Positions 1 through 14,380 of a stretch of DNA of 64,000 nt are shown in pieces. The notes under the pieces are model-generated. The model ran no database searches. It was not told where the DNA came from and saw only the letters and a program-made list of their open reading frames with translations. The stretch is from Schmidtea polychroa (lineage: Eukaryota). Location: assembly GCA_044892525.1 (NCBI GenBank), contig CM097885.1:238392001-238456000 (forward strand), written 5' to 3'. A program made the position numbers and the translations under genes. The stretch's first letter is position 1. Each line of letters opens with the position of its first letter.

Positions 1-3000
1 AGTACTAACCACTAGGTTTCAAACAACAACTACTAACAACCACCATCAAAACCCATCGAGAAATTAACAAATATCAACCTACAACTATATAACAATCAGT
101 AAACAACACTGTACCAACTACCAAATACAAGATACCAACAACTTAGTACCAACAATCAACTAACAACACATAAAAATAATAGCAATTAAATACAAAATAT
201 TCTTCATCGCATACACTATTTTCTTATCAAAATCTAAAAAGTCAACCAACTACTTACAACTAACAACTATGTACTAACAAATTGATCTTTAAAAGAAAAT
301 ACTCATCACTTGAAAAATTAGATGGAAAATTAATTGAACTCAAGACATCAATAACTTGGTAAAAATTGATTAAATAATTGTAAAAATTTAAATTATTCGA
401 AATAAATATCATAAAAATTAAATTAATGGACAAAAAAAATTCTAGTCATCCAGTAAATAAAAAAAAATATTGATCATTCAAGTTATTATGAATCAACTAA
501 GATAATAAATTAATAAAAATTTTGAAATAAGATCTAGAAGATAATTGATTTAGATTGAATAAATTAATTGAAATAAAATTAATTTTAATTATTTTTTTAA
601 AAGTAATACATGTACTCAAATTGATTGACTGATTTCTCAATATATTCAAAAAATCAGTATAAATTCATTACAATTATCAAAGTCAGCAATCTACAATAAA
701 AATAATTATCATTAAATTCCAAGAGAGACTAGAAAACTAATGATAACATCTAATAAACCAGTAAATTCATTTAAATAGCAATAATTGGTATATCCAAGTG
801 AATTCTCTAATAAAACCATCTAAAAAGAATCATTTTCCCTGAAATATATCAATATTTAAAGATTGGTATTGTAATGATAAATACTTGTTAAAGATCATAT
901 ATTCACCTCAAACTAACAAGATTCCTTAAAATCCCTTAAATGACTATATTTCAACCCTTAATTCGTATTATTACAAATATCATCTAAAAAGCATCAAATT
1001 TCATTGAAATAACTCTATCCTTAAAGATTGATATCTTAATGATAAGTACCCTTAAAAGATCATATATTCACCTCAAACTAACAAGATTCCTTAAAATCCC
1101 TTAAATGACTATAATTCTAACTTTAATTCATATTATCATACGTTTCACTATTGATAAAACCAGTTATAATTAAATTTTTATTCTAAAAATAAATCACTGT
1201 ACTCGAAATTTAAAATAAATATAACTGACTAGGTCCCATTAAAAGATTAAATTTATCCATTCAATAAAATATATTTCTTCAAATGATCATTTTTACCAAT
1301 ATTCAACCGATTTAATTACTAATTAAAATCAAGATTTCTTTCAATAAAGATCAATTTTATTTAGTTGTTGTCGATGTTTTAAGTCCATATTTCTCAACTT
1401 TTGTCATTCTCCGCTTAAATAAATAAAAAAAAATAATTTAAAGTTGAAGTCAATCCCAATTATTTGTAAAGATTTCATTGTCAAAACCAAGTAAATCGAT
1501 CATTAACCCTACTTAAAAAAACATAAGTCAATGAATTATACAATGGATTAATCACAACCTAATAAAACGATATAATTATTATTGATACATAACTGACTAA
1601 TTGACATTTCCCTTAAAACAATGATATTTTACCAACATCACCATTAAAAAAATCATATATTCCCATCTTAACCCATGTCTCATTAAATTTAACCGACTAT
1701 ATTCCCATCTTAACCCATCCTTCATTAAATTCAATCGACTATATCTCCCTTACAATGATATATTTCCATCTTATCTGATCTCTCATTAAATCTAACCGAC
1801 TATATCTCCCTTACAATGATATATTCCCATCTTAACCCATCCCTCATTAAATTTAATAACCGACAATATCCCATCTTATCCGATCTCTCAGCAAATATTT
1901 CTACCCTTTTAAACATCTATCCGATTATATCCCTTATTTTCCCTAAAGATTTCACCCACTTGAGCCCTTTAATATATATCAATCCTCTTAAAATCCTCAG
2001 AGAACTTCAAAAATATGACTTTTAATTAATTGCTATAGGAACCAGACAAATAATAAGAGCCCACTAAAAGATCAAAATTCACTAAATTTTCTACAAATAT
2101 TTACCATCAAATACTGGAGATGATATATATTGATTGATCATAATTCTTCATCGATTCAACCAATCATTTTCAAGCAATAACAGCAAACTAAATTTCTGTA
2201 TATCCTACAATAATTATCAAGTAAATTTAAAGTCATTGATAAATATTCTTAGAAAATTATTGAAAAAAATTATCTAGTCAAATATATTACAAAGTTATCA
2301 TCAAAAATTTATTCTATCACTTAATTATTAACCTAATTGTCAATGAAATTAATTTTTATTTAAAAACTATTCAATAAAATACAACTAATTATCAAGAAAT
2401 TAACTAAATTTATCAATTAAATTTATCACCATTAAAACTTTTAATCAGTCAACATGAAATTCTTAGAAAATTATTCAATATCCTCATAAAAATTTATCCT
2501 ACCACTTCATTATTGTAAAATCTCTAATTATTAACCTCATTGAAAATAATTTTTATTTAAAATTAAAAAAAAAACAAGTCAATAAAAATACATCCAATTA
2601 TCAAGAAATTAATTAAATTTATCTTAGAATTAGCATTAAATTATTAAATATTCATTCAATAAACATGAAATTTGCAAAAATGTTAGAAATCCATGAAAAT
2701 GATAGATATCTACAAAAATTACGCATATTCACAAAAAAGTACGGAAATTCACAAGAATAATAGAAATTCATAAAAATGATAGAAATTTACTTGAATAAAA
2801 CCATCAACTCTAAAAATTATCAATGAATGCCTTATACAAATTTGCCTAAATAATCATTCAAATAAAAGCATTAAATACCTTTACGACTAATACCCTTGCG
2901 ACATGTTGAATGTGAGTAGTACCCTTGTGAGCAATACCCATAGGGGGACAGAATATTTTGTCGGATAAACTCAGAGTATATATTAATTAACTCATTCTTC

Positions 3001-3552
3001 ATTGAATTAGTCAAATTATCATAATTTCAATAAAAATTCTAAAGTGGTAAGCAATGAAAAGACAATTATTCTTTAAACTTTGATAAAATTAACAATGAAG
3101 GTGGTAAGAATCTTCATTAAAGTGAGGAAATTATTCATTACTCGATTCAAATGGGTGAAAATAATTGGTAGAATAATTCATTAATGTAGGTAGATAATGA
3201 GAAGTAGTATAGATAAGATGAAGGTTGATAAGAATGGATGTATTGCAACTATTTTCTAAAAATTAACACTTTAATAAAAAAAAATTTTTAAAACAAATAT
3301 TTGTGGGGATGTTTTAAGTGAATAATTAATCAAAATCGGCGGAATATAAGTAGAAAATCGGGGTGGGGGTTATAGGCGAATAATTAATGGAAATTCGAGG
3401 GGATATAAATGAATAATTAATGGAGAATCGGGGGAATATAGGGATTAAATAGTGGAGAATAATAGTGAATATAAGTGAGAAGGATACATAATTTAAACTA
3501 TTTTATTACGTAACAAGCCGTGACTAGTTTATTACATAACAAGCTGTGAATG
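1..3552 (+). repeat. Left arm of long inverted repeat (runs off the window start)
   Basis: Reverse complement of 4483-~8024; mirror coordinates sum to 8035 (identical ORFs 1816-2025+ and 6010-6219-). The inner ~2.7 kb is near-identical; the outer ~0.85 kb is diverged. Confidence 0.95.
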
Positions 3553-4482
3553 GTATTTGATTAAGAAATATGGAATAGGTCATTTTTTTTTTAATTTTTG
3601 ACTAAAATAAATTCTAAAATAATTGCAAGATATTACTAAAATGTTTTAATTTGCATTATGTATTTCAAAAACAATATATATATATATATTACCCTTTTCA
3701 TTCAAAATAAGTTAAATATTCAAATATAAGTCTTAGAAAATACTATCAAAATTAAATTTTAAAAATATAAATTTTATAAGTTTTTCAAATTCTCGAATAA
3801 TGTAAATCAGAAATTTTTTTTTTTACTAGATATAGACTTATTGATGGAATAAGACAATAGAAATAAAAAGATTTTGTTGTATAAGTACTTGTAATAATAG
3901 CTATATATTATTAAGTTTACTATTCTAATCAAATATCATAATATGAATTATATTACTCCTTTCAATCAAAGTAAATTAAATGTATCATTCAAATACAATT
4001 AAAATTAAATCATCAATTTAATACTTTAATTTAGAAATATAAATTTTATAAGTAAATGTAAATAAGAAATTAGTGTATTAGCTGTTATAGACTTTTTAAA
4101 CTTATTGATTAGGCAGTAGAAAGTAATTTTTCTTTTTAAAAAGTCCTTTAATATTGTATTCTATTTATTATTAAATTTACTATTTTACACTAAAAAATTT
4201 CAATTAAGAAAACAAACATCATAATATGAAACTTCAATCAAAATAAGCTAATACTCAAATATATGTCTTATAAAATACAATCAAAATTAAATACTTCACA
4301 AAATTAAAGTAAAGTTTTTTAAATTCTCAGATAAATGTTAACAAGATATTAATTTATTTTTCATTATAGACTTTTTATACTTATTATTGGTATTAAACAA
4401 TAGAATGATATTGAAAATATATACAATTTAAAAATACAATTAAAATTAAAGTTATATACCATGTATAATGTTGGTAAAATAT

Positions 4483-7400
4483 CATTCACGGCTTGTTATG
4501 TAATAAACTAGTCGCGGCTTGTTACGTAATAAAATAGTTTAAATTATGTATCCTTCTCACTTATATTCACTATTATTCTCCACTATTTAATCCCTATATT
4601 CCCCCGATTCTCCATTAATTATTCATTTATATCCCCTCGAATTTCCATTAATTATTCGCCTATAACCCCCACCCCGATTTTCTACTTATATTCCGCCGAT
4701 TTTGATTAATTATTCACTTAAAACATCCCCACAAATATTTGTTTTAAAAATTTTTTTTTATTAAAGTGTTAATTTTTAGAAAATAGTTGCAATACATCCA
4801 TTCTTATCAACCTTCATCTTATCTATACTACTTCTCATTATCTACCTACATTAATGAATTATTCTACCAATTATTTTCACCCATTTGAATCGAGTAATGA
4901 ATAATTTCCTCACTTTAATGAAGATTCTTACCACCTTCATTGTTAATTTTATCAAAGTTTAAAGAATAATTGTCTTTTCATTGCTTACCACTTTAGAATT
5001 TTTATTGAAATTATGATAATTTGACTAATTCAATGAAGAATGAGTTAATTAATATATACTCTGAGTTTATCCGACAAAATATTCTGTCCCCCTATGGGTA
5101 TTGCTCACAAGGGTACTACTCACATTCAACATGTCGCAAGGGTATTAGTCGTAAAGGTATTTAATGCTTTTATTTGAATGATTATTTAGGCAAATTTGTA
5201 TAAGGCATTCATTGATAATTTTTAGAGTTGATGGTTTTATTCAAGTAAATTTCTATCATTTTTATGAATTTCTATTATTCTTGTGAATTTCCGTACTTTT
5301 TTGTGAATATGCGTAATTTTTGTAGATATCTATCATTTTCATGGATTTCTAACATTTTTGCAAATTTCATGTTTATTGAATGAATATTTAATAATTTAAT
5401 GCTAATTCTAAGATAAATTTAATTAATTTCTTGATAATTGGATGTATTTTTATTGACTTGTTTTTTTTTTAATTTTAAATAAAAATTATTTTCAATGAGG
5501 TTAATAATTAGAGATTTTACAATAATGAAGTGGTAGGATAAATTTTTATGAGGATATTGAATAATTTTCTAAGAATTTCATGTTGACTGATTAAAAGTTT
5601 TAATGGTGATAAATTTAATTGATAAATTTAGTTAATTTCTTGATAATTAGTTGTATTTTATTGAATAGTTTTTAAATAAAAATTAATTTCATTGACAATT
5701 AGGTTAATAATTAAGTGATAGAATAAATTTTTGATGATAACTTTGTAATATATTTGACTAGATAATTTTTTTCAATAATTTTCTAAGAATATTTATCAAT
5801 GACTTTAAATTTACTTGATAATTATTGTAGGATATACAGAAATTTAGTTTGCTGTTATTGCTTGAAAATGATTGGTTGAATCGATGAAGAATTATGATCA
5901 ATCAATATATATCATCTCCAGTATTTGATGGTAAATATTTGTAGAAAATTTAGTGAATTTTGATCTTTTAGTGGGCTCTTATTATTTGTCTGGTTCCTAT
6001 AGCAATTAATTAAAAGTCATATTTTTGAAGTTCTCTGAGGATTTTAAGAGGATTGATATATATTAAAGGGCTCAAGTGGGTGAAATCTTTAGGGAAAATA
6101 AGGGATATAATCGGATAGATGTTTAAAAGGGTAGAAATATTTGCTGAGAGATCGGATAAGATGGGATATTGTCGGTTATTAAATTTAATGAGGGATGGGT
6201 TAAGATGGGAATATATCATTGTAAGGGAGATATAGTCGGTTAGATTTAATGAGAGATCAGATAAGATGGAAATATATCATTGTAAGGGAGATATAGTCGA
6301 TTGAATTTAATGAAGGATGGGTTAAGATGGGAATATAGTCGGTTAAATTTAATGAGACATGGGTTAAGATGGGAATATATGATTTTATTAATGGTGATGT
6401 TGGTAAAATATCATTGTTTTAAGGGAAATGTCAATTAGTCAGTTATGTATCAATAATAATTATATCGTTTTATTAGGTTGTGATTAATCCATTGTATAAT
6501 TCATTGACTTATGTTTTTTTAAGTAGGGTTAATGATCGATTTACTTGGTTTTGACAATGAAATCTTTACAAATAATTGGGATTGACTTCAACTTTAAATT
6601 ATTTTTTTTTATTTATTTAAGCGGAGAATGACAAAAGTTGAGAAATATGGACTTAAAACATCGACAACAACTAAATAAAATTGATCTTTATTGAAAGAAA
6701 TCTTGATTTTAATTAGTAATTAAATCGGTTGAATATTGGTAAAAATGATCATTTGAAGAAATATATTTTATTGAATGGATAAATTTAATCTTTTAATGGG
6801 ACCTAGTCAGTTATATTTATTTTAAATTTCGAGTACAGTGATTTATTTTTAGAATAAAAATTTAATTATAACTGGTTTTATCAATAGTGAAACGTATGAT
6901 AATATGAATTAAAGTTAGAATTATAGTCATTTAAGGGATTTTAAGGAATCTTGTTAGTTTGAGGTGAATATATGATCTTTTAAGGGTACTTATCATTAAG
7001 ATATCAATCTTTAAGGATAGAGTTATTTCAATGAAATTTGATGCTTTTTAGATGATATTTGTAATAATACGAATTAAGGGTTGAAATATAGTCATTTAAG
7101 GGATTTTAAGGAATCTTGTTAGTTTGAGGTGAATATATGATCTTTAACAAGTATTTATCATTACAATACCAATCTTTACATATTGATATATTTGGGAGGA
7201 AATGAGAAATTGGAGAATTCACTAGGATATACCAATTATTGTCATTTAAATAAATTTACTGGTTTATTAGATGTTATCATTAGTTATCAGTCTCTTTTGG
7301 AATTTTATGATAATTATTTTTATTGTAGATTGCTGACTTTGATAATTGTAATGAATTTATACTGATTTTTTGAATATATTGAGAAATCAGTCAATCAATT

Positions 7401-8024
7401 TGAGTACATGTATTACTTTTAAAAAAATAATTAAAATTAATTTTATTTCAATTAATTTATTCAATCTAAATCAATTATCTACTAGATCTTATCTTATTAA
7501 TTTATTATCTTAGTTGATTCAACTTGAATGATCAATATTTTTTTTATTTACTTGATGACTAGAATTTTTTCCTGTCCATTAATTAAATTTTTATGATATT
7601 TATTTCGAATATTTTAAATTTTTACAATAATTTAATCAATTTTTACCTAGTTATTGATGCCTTGAGTTCAATTAATTTTCCATCTAATTTTTCAAATGAT
7701 GAGTATTTGCTTTTAAAGATCAATTTGTTAGTACATAGTTGTTGGTTCTAGGTAGTTAGTATCTGATTGACTTTTTAGATTTTGATAAGAAGATATTGTA
7801 TGTGATGAAGAATATTTTGTATTTAATTGCTATTATTTTTATGTGTGGTTAGTTGATTGTTGGTACTTGGTATCTTGTTGTAAGTACTTGGTAGCAGGTA
7901 ACTGGTTGTTAGTATCTAGTTGTAGGTTGATATTTGTTAATTTCTCGATGGGTTTTGATGGTGGTTGTTAGTACATGGTTGTAAGTGTTTAGTATTTAGT
8001 TGTTTGAAACCTAGTGGTTAGTAC
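4483..8024 (-). repeat. Right arm of long inverted repeat; 930-bp AT-rich spacer at 3553-4482
   Basis: cattcacggcttgttatgtaataaactagtc at 4483 mirrors the sequence ending at 3552; gttgtttgaaacctagtggttagtac near 8000 mirrors bases 2-27. Confidence 0.95.
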
Positions 8025-8074
8025 ATGGTAGCTAATTAATGAGTAGGTGGGGATTGAGAGTGATCAATACCATA

Positions 8075-8165
8075 CGACTAGTACCTTTACGACCAGTACC
8101 CTTACGACTAATACCCTTACGACCAGTACTCTTACGACCAGTACCCTTACGACCTGTACCCTTAG
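8075..8165 (+). repeat. 15-bp tandem repeat (cgaccagtaccctta) x~6; duplicate at 13747-13837
   Basis: Directly visible; produces the spurious (LRPVP)n ORF. Confidence 0.9.
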
Positions 8166-8636
8166 GGGGTCAAAACATCCTGTCGGATAAACTCAGAGTA
8201 TATATAATAAAATTGATCAACAATAAGTATTTATTGAATGCGATTTTTACTTTGCAATAATAAGTTATCATTTAAAAGAAGAATGTTTTGTAAATTAGAA
8301 TTCATTAGTCTTTCATTGTAATTATTTTGAATTCCACGTGGTGTTTTAAAGTGGTTGAGTTCTGGTTTTTTGATGAAAATCAACATTTTTGTTAAATTTA
8401 GACATTTTGAAAAGGTTTTTTTACTGATTGTAATTAAAATTATTATAGAAGCTGTATAAAAAATATTAATTTAAAAATCATTTCATAAAATACAGTGAAG
8501 AATATTTAGTAGTTAGTTGTAAGTATCTGGTTGTTTGAGAGTTAGTTAGTACGTGGTATCTAGTTGTAAGTATTTGTTAGCACCTAGTTAAAAAATAATC
8601 AGTAACCGATTGTTGGTAACTGTTGAATTATTATTA

Positions 8637-8708
<72 letters not shown>

Positions 8709-9074
8709 CATTTAAATTTTCATTATAAATTACATTTCTCAAAAAAGTTGGTTATTATTCAATCTTTTGATAATAAAATTAAAAATCTTACTTTTATTTA
8801 CTTATTACATTACTTATTTAAAAATTATTACTTTAATTAAATTCTTTAAAAATTATTACTTTAATTTACTTATTTAACTTTAATTTAATTTTTTAGAACA
8901 TTGATTACTTATTTTTAAAATTTGGACCTTAATTAACTTTAATTTAATTTTTTAACTTTAATTTACTTATCCTTAATTTACCTATTTATGCTTTATTACT
9001 TAATTTTACACCATAATTTACTAAACAACTAATTATAACCCTTATTTTCATATTTAACCAATAATTTCATGTGG

Positions 9075-10560
9075 TCATCTGGTTGTAAGTGTTTGGTATC
9101 TAGTTGACAGTACTAGGTATCTTGTACTTGGTTGTTAGTACTTGGTTGATAATGCTTAGTGTCTGGTTGTATGTACTTGGTAGCTAGTTGTTAGTAACTA
9201 GTTGTAGGTAATTAATGCTTAGTAGTTGGTAACTGGTTGTTAGTACTTGGTAGGTGGTAGCTAGTTGGTTGTAGGTACTTAGTAGTTGGTTGATAATGCT
9301 TAGTACTTGGTAGGTGGTTGTTAGTTGGTTGTAGGTACTTAGTAGTTGGTAATTAATGCTTAGTACCTGGTTGATGTTGGTTGTAGGTACTTAGTAGTTG
9401 GTAGCTAGTTGGTTGCTATCAGGTAACTAGTTGTTAGTAACTAGTTGTAGGTATCTGGTTGTTAATACATGTTCGTAATTTACTGGTACTTGGTATCTAG
9501 TTGTTAGTTGTTAGCGGGTTGTTAGTAACTAGGTATCTAGTTGTTAGTACTTGGTTGTAGGTACTTAGTAGTTGGTAGCTAGTTGAGTGCTGGTTGTAGC
9601 TAGTTAATGGGTAACTGGTTGTTAGTATCTAGTTGTAGGTACTTAGTAGTTGGTTGATGATGCTTAGTACCTGGTTATTGTCGGTTGTTAGTGTTTAGTA
9701 TTTAGTTGTTAGTACTTGGTTGATAATGCTTAGTGTCTGGTTGTATGTACTTGGTATCTAGTTGTTAGTAACTAGTTGTAGGTAATTAATGCTTAGTAGT
9801 TGGTAACTGGTTGTTAGTAACTAGTTGTAGGTTGATAAGGCTTAGTACCTGGTTGTTGACGGTTGTTAGTACTTGGTATCAGGTAACTGGTTGTTAGTAT
9901 CTAGTTGTAGGTACTTAGTAGTTGGTAATTAATGCTTAGTACCTGGTTGTTAGTATTTAGTTGTTTGAGACCTAGTTGTTAGTATCTAGTTGTAGGTATC
10001 TGGTAACTAGTTGGTTGTTGGTACTTAGTAGGTGGTATCTGATACCTGTTTGGTTGCTTGTTTTTGGTTGTTAGTACTTGTTAGGTGGTTGTAGGTACTT
10101 AGTATCAGGTAACTAGTTGTTAGTAACTAGTTGTAGGCACTTGGTATCTGGTAATTTGTTGTAGGTACTTCGTTGTTTTTTGTTGTTAGTACTTAGTAGT
10201 TGGTTGTAGGTACTTGGTATCAGGTAACTGGTTGTTAGTAACTAATTGTAAGTACTTGGTAGCAGGTAACTAGTTGTTAGTAACTAGTTGTAAGTACTTG
10301 GTAGTTGGTAGTAAGTACTTGGTTGATGTTTGTTGTAAGTACTTGGTATCTAGTACCTAGTTGGTTGTTTTTGGTTGTTAGTACTTAGTAGTTGGTTGTA
10401 GGTACTTGGTAGGTGGTAGTTAGTTGTTAGTACTTGGTACCTAGTTGGTTGCATGTTTTTGGTTGTTGGTACTTGGTATCAGGTAACTGGTTGTAGGTAT
10501 CTGGTTGGTAATACATGTTCGTAAGTTACTGGTTGTTGGTACTAAGTTGTTGATTTGTTG
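9075..10560. repeat. Degenerate G/T-skewed satellite (gttgttagtacttggt / aggtacttagtagttgg modules); duplicate at ~14747-16232
   Basis: Shuffled short modules with strong strand bias; no ORF. Confidence 0.9.
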
Positions 10561-10779
10561 TTGAATTATTATTAAAATTTGTCTTTGAAAAATATTTCTT
10601 AAAAATTTCCATTAAAAATTATCATTGAAAAATATTTCATAAAAATTTCCATTAAAAATTACCATTGAAAATTTTCATTAAAAAATTTCAATTCTCAAAC
10701 ACCTTCAACTTTTTGTAATTAAATTTTAAAATCTTACTTTAATTTACTTATTTAAAATTTTTTACCATTGATTACTTAA

Positions 10780-12190
10780 TTTAAAAATTATTACTTTAAT
10801 TTACTTATTTAAAATTTTTTTACCATTGATTACTTAATTTAAAATTTGGACCTTAATTTACTTTATTTTAATTTTTTAGAACCTTAATTTACTTTAATTT
10901 AAAATTTAGAACCATAATTTACTTTAATTTAATTTTTAGGACCATAATTTACTTTAATTTAAAAATTTAGACCATAATTTACTGTAATTTAAAATGTTTG
11001 ACCATAATTTACTTTAATTTAATTTTTAGACCATAATTTACTGTAATTTAAATTTTTAGAACCATTATTTACTTTAATTTAATTTTTAAGAACCATTAAT
11101 TACTGTAATTCAAAAATTTGAGCCATAATTTACTGTAATTTAATATTTTAGAACCATAATTTACTATAATTTAATTTTTAGAACCATAATTTACTTATTT
11201 AGACCATAATTTACTTTAATTTAAAAATTTGGACCATTATTTACTGTAATTTAATTTTTTAGACCCATAATTTACTGTAATTCAAAAATTTGAGCCATAA
11301 TTTACTGTAATTTAATATTTTAGAACCATAATTTACTGTAATTTAAATTTTTAGAACCATTATTTACTTTAATTTAATTTTTAGAACCTTAATTTACTTT
11401 AATTTAATTTTTAGGACCTTAATTAAATTTTTAGGACCATTATTTACTTTAATTTAAAATGTTTGACCATAATTTACTTTAATTTAATTTTTAGACCATA
11501 ATTTACTGTAATTTAAATTTTTAGAACCATTATTTACTTTAATTTAATTTTTAAGAACCATTAATTACTGTAATTCAAAAATTTGAGCCATAATTTACTG
11601 TAATTTAATATTTTAGAACCATAATTTACTATAATTTAATTTTTAGAACCATAATTTACTTATTTAGACCATAATTTACTTTAATTTAAAAATTTGGACC
11701 ATTATTTACTGTAATTTAATTTTTTAGACCCATAATTTACTGTAATTCAAAAATTTGAGCCATAATTTACTGTAATTTAATATTTTAGAACCATAATTTA
11801 CTGTAATTTAAATTTTTAGAACCATTATTTACTTTAATTTAATTTTTAGAACCTTAATTTACTTTAATTTAATTTTTAGGACCTTAATTAAATTTTTAGG
11901 ACCATTATTTACTTTAATTGAAAAATTTGAACCATAATTTACTTTAATTTTTAGAACCATTATTTACTGTAATTTAATTTTTTAGGACCATTATTACCTT
12001 ATTTGAAAATTTGAGCCATAATTTACTGTAATTTAATTTTTTAGGACCATAATTACCTTATTTGAAAAATTTGAACCATAATTTACTTTAATTGAAAAAT
12101 TTGGACCATAATTTACTGTAATTTAAAAATCTTAGTCCATAATTTACTGTAATTCAATTTTTAGACCCATAATTTACTGTAATTTTAAAA
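10780..12190. repeat. ~30-bp satellite (accataatttactgtaatttaatttttag) with a ~465-bp higher-order duplication; duplicate at ~16450-17860
   Basis: Monomer repeated roughly 45 times; the variant aaaatgtttgacc recurs at 10991 and 11456. Confidence 0.9.
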
Positions 12191-12279
12191 AATATACCAC
12201 GTTTTTTAGTGTAGACCACCTTTGTCTATTGAAATTCTCAGGACCAAGGAGACCCACCTTAATTTAATTCGAAAAATCT

Positions 12280-12900
12280 ATGCTTTTTTATTGATAGTCG
12301 GATTTTTGTATTGAAAATATCCTGAGACCTTAAATTACCATGCTTCTTTATTGAAGACTCACCTCACTATAGTCTGAAAAATCCTTGGCTTTTTTAGTGG
12401 TAGTCGGATTTTTGTATTGAAAATATCCTGAGACCTTAATTTACCACGTTTTTTAGTGTAGACCACCTATTTCTCAGGACCAAGGAGACTCACCTCACTA
12501 TAGCGTGATAAATCCTTGGCTTTTTTATTGATAGTAGGATTTTTGTATAGAAAAAAATTTTTCGTATTGAAAATCCCAGGACCATCGAGACCCCCTCACT
12601 ATAGTGTGAATAATCCTTGGCTTTTTTAGTGGTAGTCGGATTTTTGTATAGAAAAAATTTTATTTGTATTGAAAATCCCAGGACCATCGAGACCCCCTCA
12701 CTATAGTGTGAATAATCCTTGGCTTTTTTAGTGGTAGTCGGATTTTTGTATAGAAAAAATTTTATTTGTATTGAAAATCCCAGGACCATCGAGACCCCCT
12801 CACTATAGTGTGAATAATCCTTGACTTTTTTATTGATAGTCGGATTTTTGTGTAGAAATTCCCAGGACCATCAAGACCCTCTCACTATAGTGTGATAAAA
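12280..12900. repeat. 102-bp subterminal tandem repeat; duplicate at ~17950-18570
   Basis: accatcgagaccccctcactatagtgtga at 12581, 12683 and 12785 (period 102), with degenerate copies upstream. Confidence 0.9.
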
Positions 12901-13037
12901 AAAAATTTGGACCAAAAATCCCTGAAAGCAAAAAAATGAGTTGGGAACAATTGCGTAATAAAAATTTGGGAACAAACCCCCCCCCCCCCCCCGGGGGGGG
13001 GGGGGTAATTGTTCCCGTAGGCCACTATCTACCTACC

Positions 13038-14308
13038 TTTTTTGAATATATTGAGAAATCAGTCAATCAATTTGAGTACATGTATTACTTTTAAAAAAAT
13101 AATTAAAATTAATTTTATTTCAATTAATTTATTCAATCTAAATCAATTATCTACTAGATCTTATCTTATTAATTTATTATCTTAGTTGATTCAACTTGAA
13201 TGATCAATATTTTTTTTATTTACTTGATGACTAGAATTTTTTCCTGTCCATTAATTAAATTTTTATGATATTTATTTCGAATATTTTAAATTTTTACAAT
13301 AATTTAATCAATTTTTACCTAGTTATTGATGCCTTGAGTTCAATTAATTTTCCATCTAATTTTTCAAATGATGAGTATTTGCTTTTAAAGATCAATTTGT
13401 TAGTACATAGTTGTTGGTTCTAGGTAGTTAGTATCTGATTGACTTTTTAGATTTTGATAAGAAGATATTGTATGTGATGAAGAATATTTTGTATTTAATT
13501 GCTATTATTTTTATGTGTGGTTAGTTGATTGTTGGTACTTGGTATCTTGTTGTAAGTACTTGGTAGCAGGTAACTGGTTGTTAGTATCTAGTTGTAGGTT
13601 GATATTTGTTAATTTCTCGATGGGTTTTGATGGTGGTTGTTAGTACATGGTTGTAAGTGTTTAGTATTTAGTTGTTTGAAACCTAGTGGTTAGTACATGG
13701 TAGCTAATTAATGAGTAGGTGGGGATTGAGAGTGATCAATACCATACGACTAGTACCTTTACGACCAGTACCCTTACGACTAATACCCTTACGACCAGTA
13801 CTCTTACGACCAGTACCCTTACGACCTGTACCCTTAGGGGGTCAAAACATCCTGTCGGATAAACTCAGAGTATATATAATAAAATTGATCAACAATAAGT
13901 ATTTATTGAATGCGATTTTTACTTTGCAATAATAAGTTATCATTTAAAAGAAGAATGTTTTGTAAATTAGAATTCATTAGTCTTTCATTGTAATTATTTT
14001 GAATTCCACGTGGTGTTTTAAAGTGGTTGAGTTCTGGTTTTTTGATGAAAATCAACATTTTTGTTAAATTTAGACATTTTGAAAAGGTTTTTTTACTGAT
14101 TGTAATTAAAATTATTATAGAAGCTGTATAAAAAATATTAATTTAAAAATCATTTCATAAAATACAGTGAAGAATATTTAGTAGTTAGTTGTAAGTATCT
14201 GGTTGTTTGAGAGTTAGTTAGTACGTGGTATCTAGTTGTAAGTATTTGTTAGCACCTAGTTAAAAAATAATCAGTAACCGATTGTTGGTAACTGTTGAAT
14301 TATTATTA

Positions 14309-14380
<72 letters not shown>

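Larger units (their letters stand above)
7366..13036. repeat. Copy 1 of 5,672-bp direct tandem duplication
   Basis: Constant offset of 5672 (ORFs 8039/13711, 8610/14282, 12490/18162); the only difference noticed is the length of the terminal C/G runs. Confidence 0.95.

Noticed and set aside
9075..10560. Telomeric repeat array
   Set aside because: G/T-skewed, but with no regular TTAGGG/TTAGG unit; modules are heterogeneous and internal.
12590..12610. ctcactatag resembling the T7 promoter or vector contamination
   Set aside because: Lacks the upstream TAATACGA and is part of a native 102-bp tandem repeat with degenerate copies.
10780..12900. CRISPR-like array
   Set aside because: Repeats are contiguous with no unique spacers, there are no cas genes, and the context is eukaryotic.
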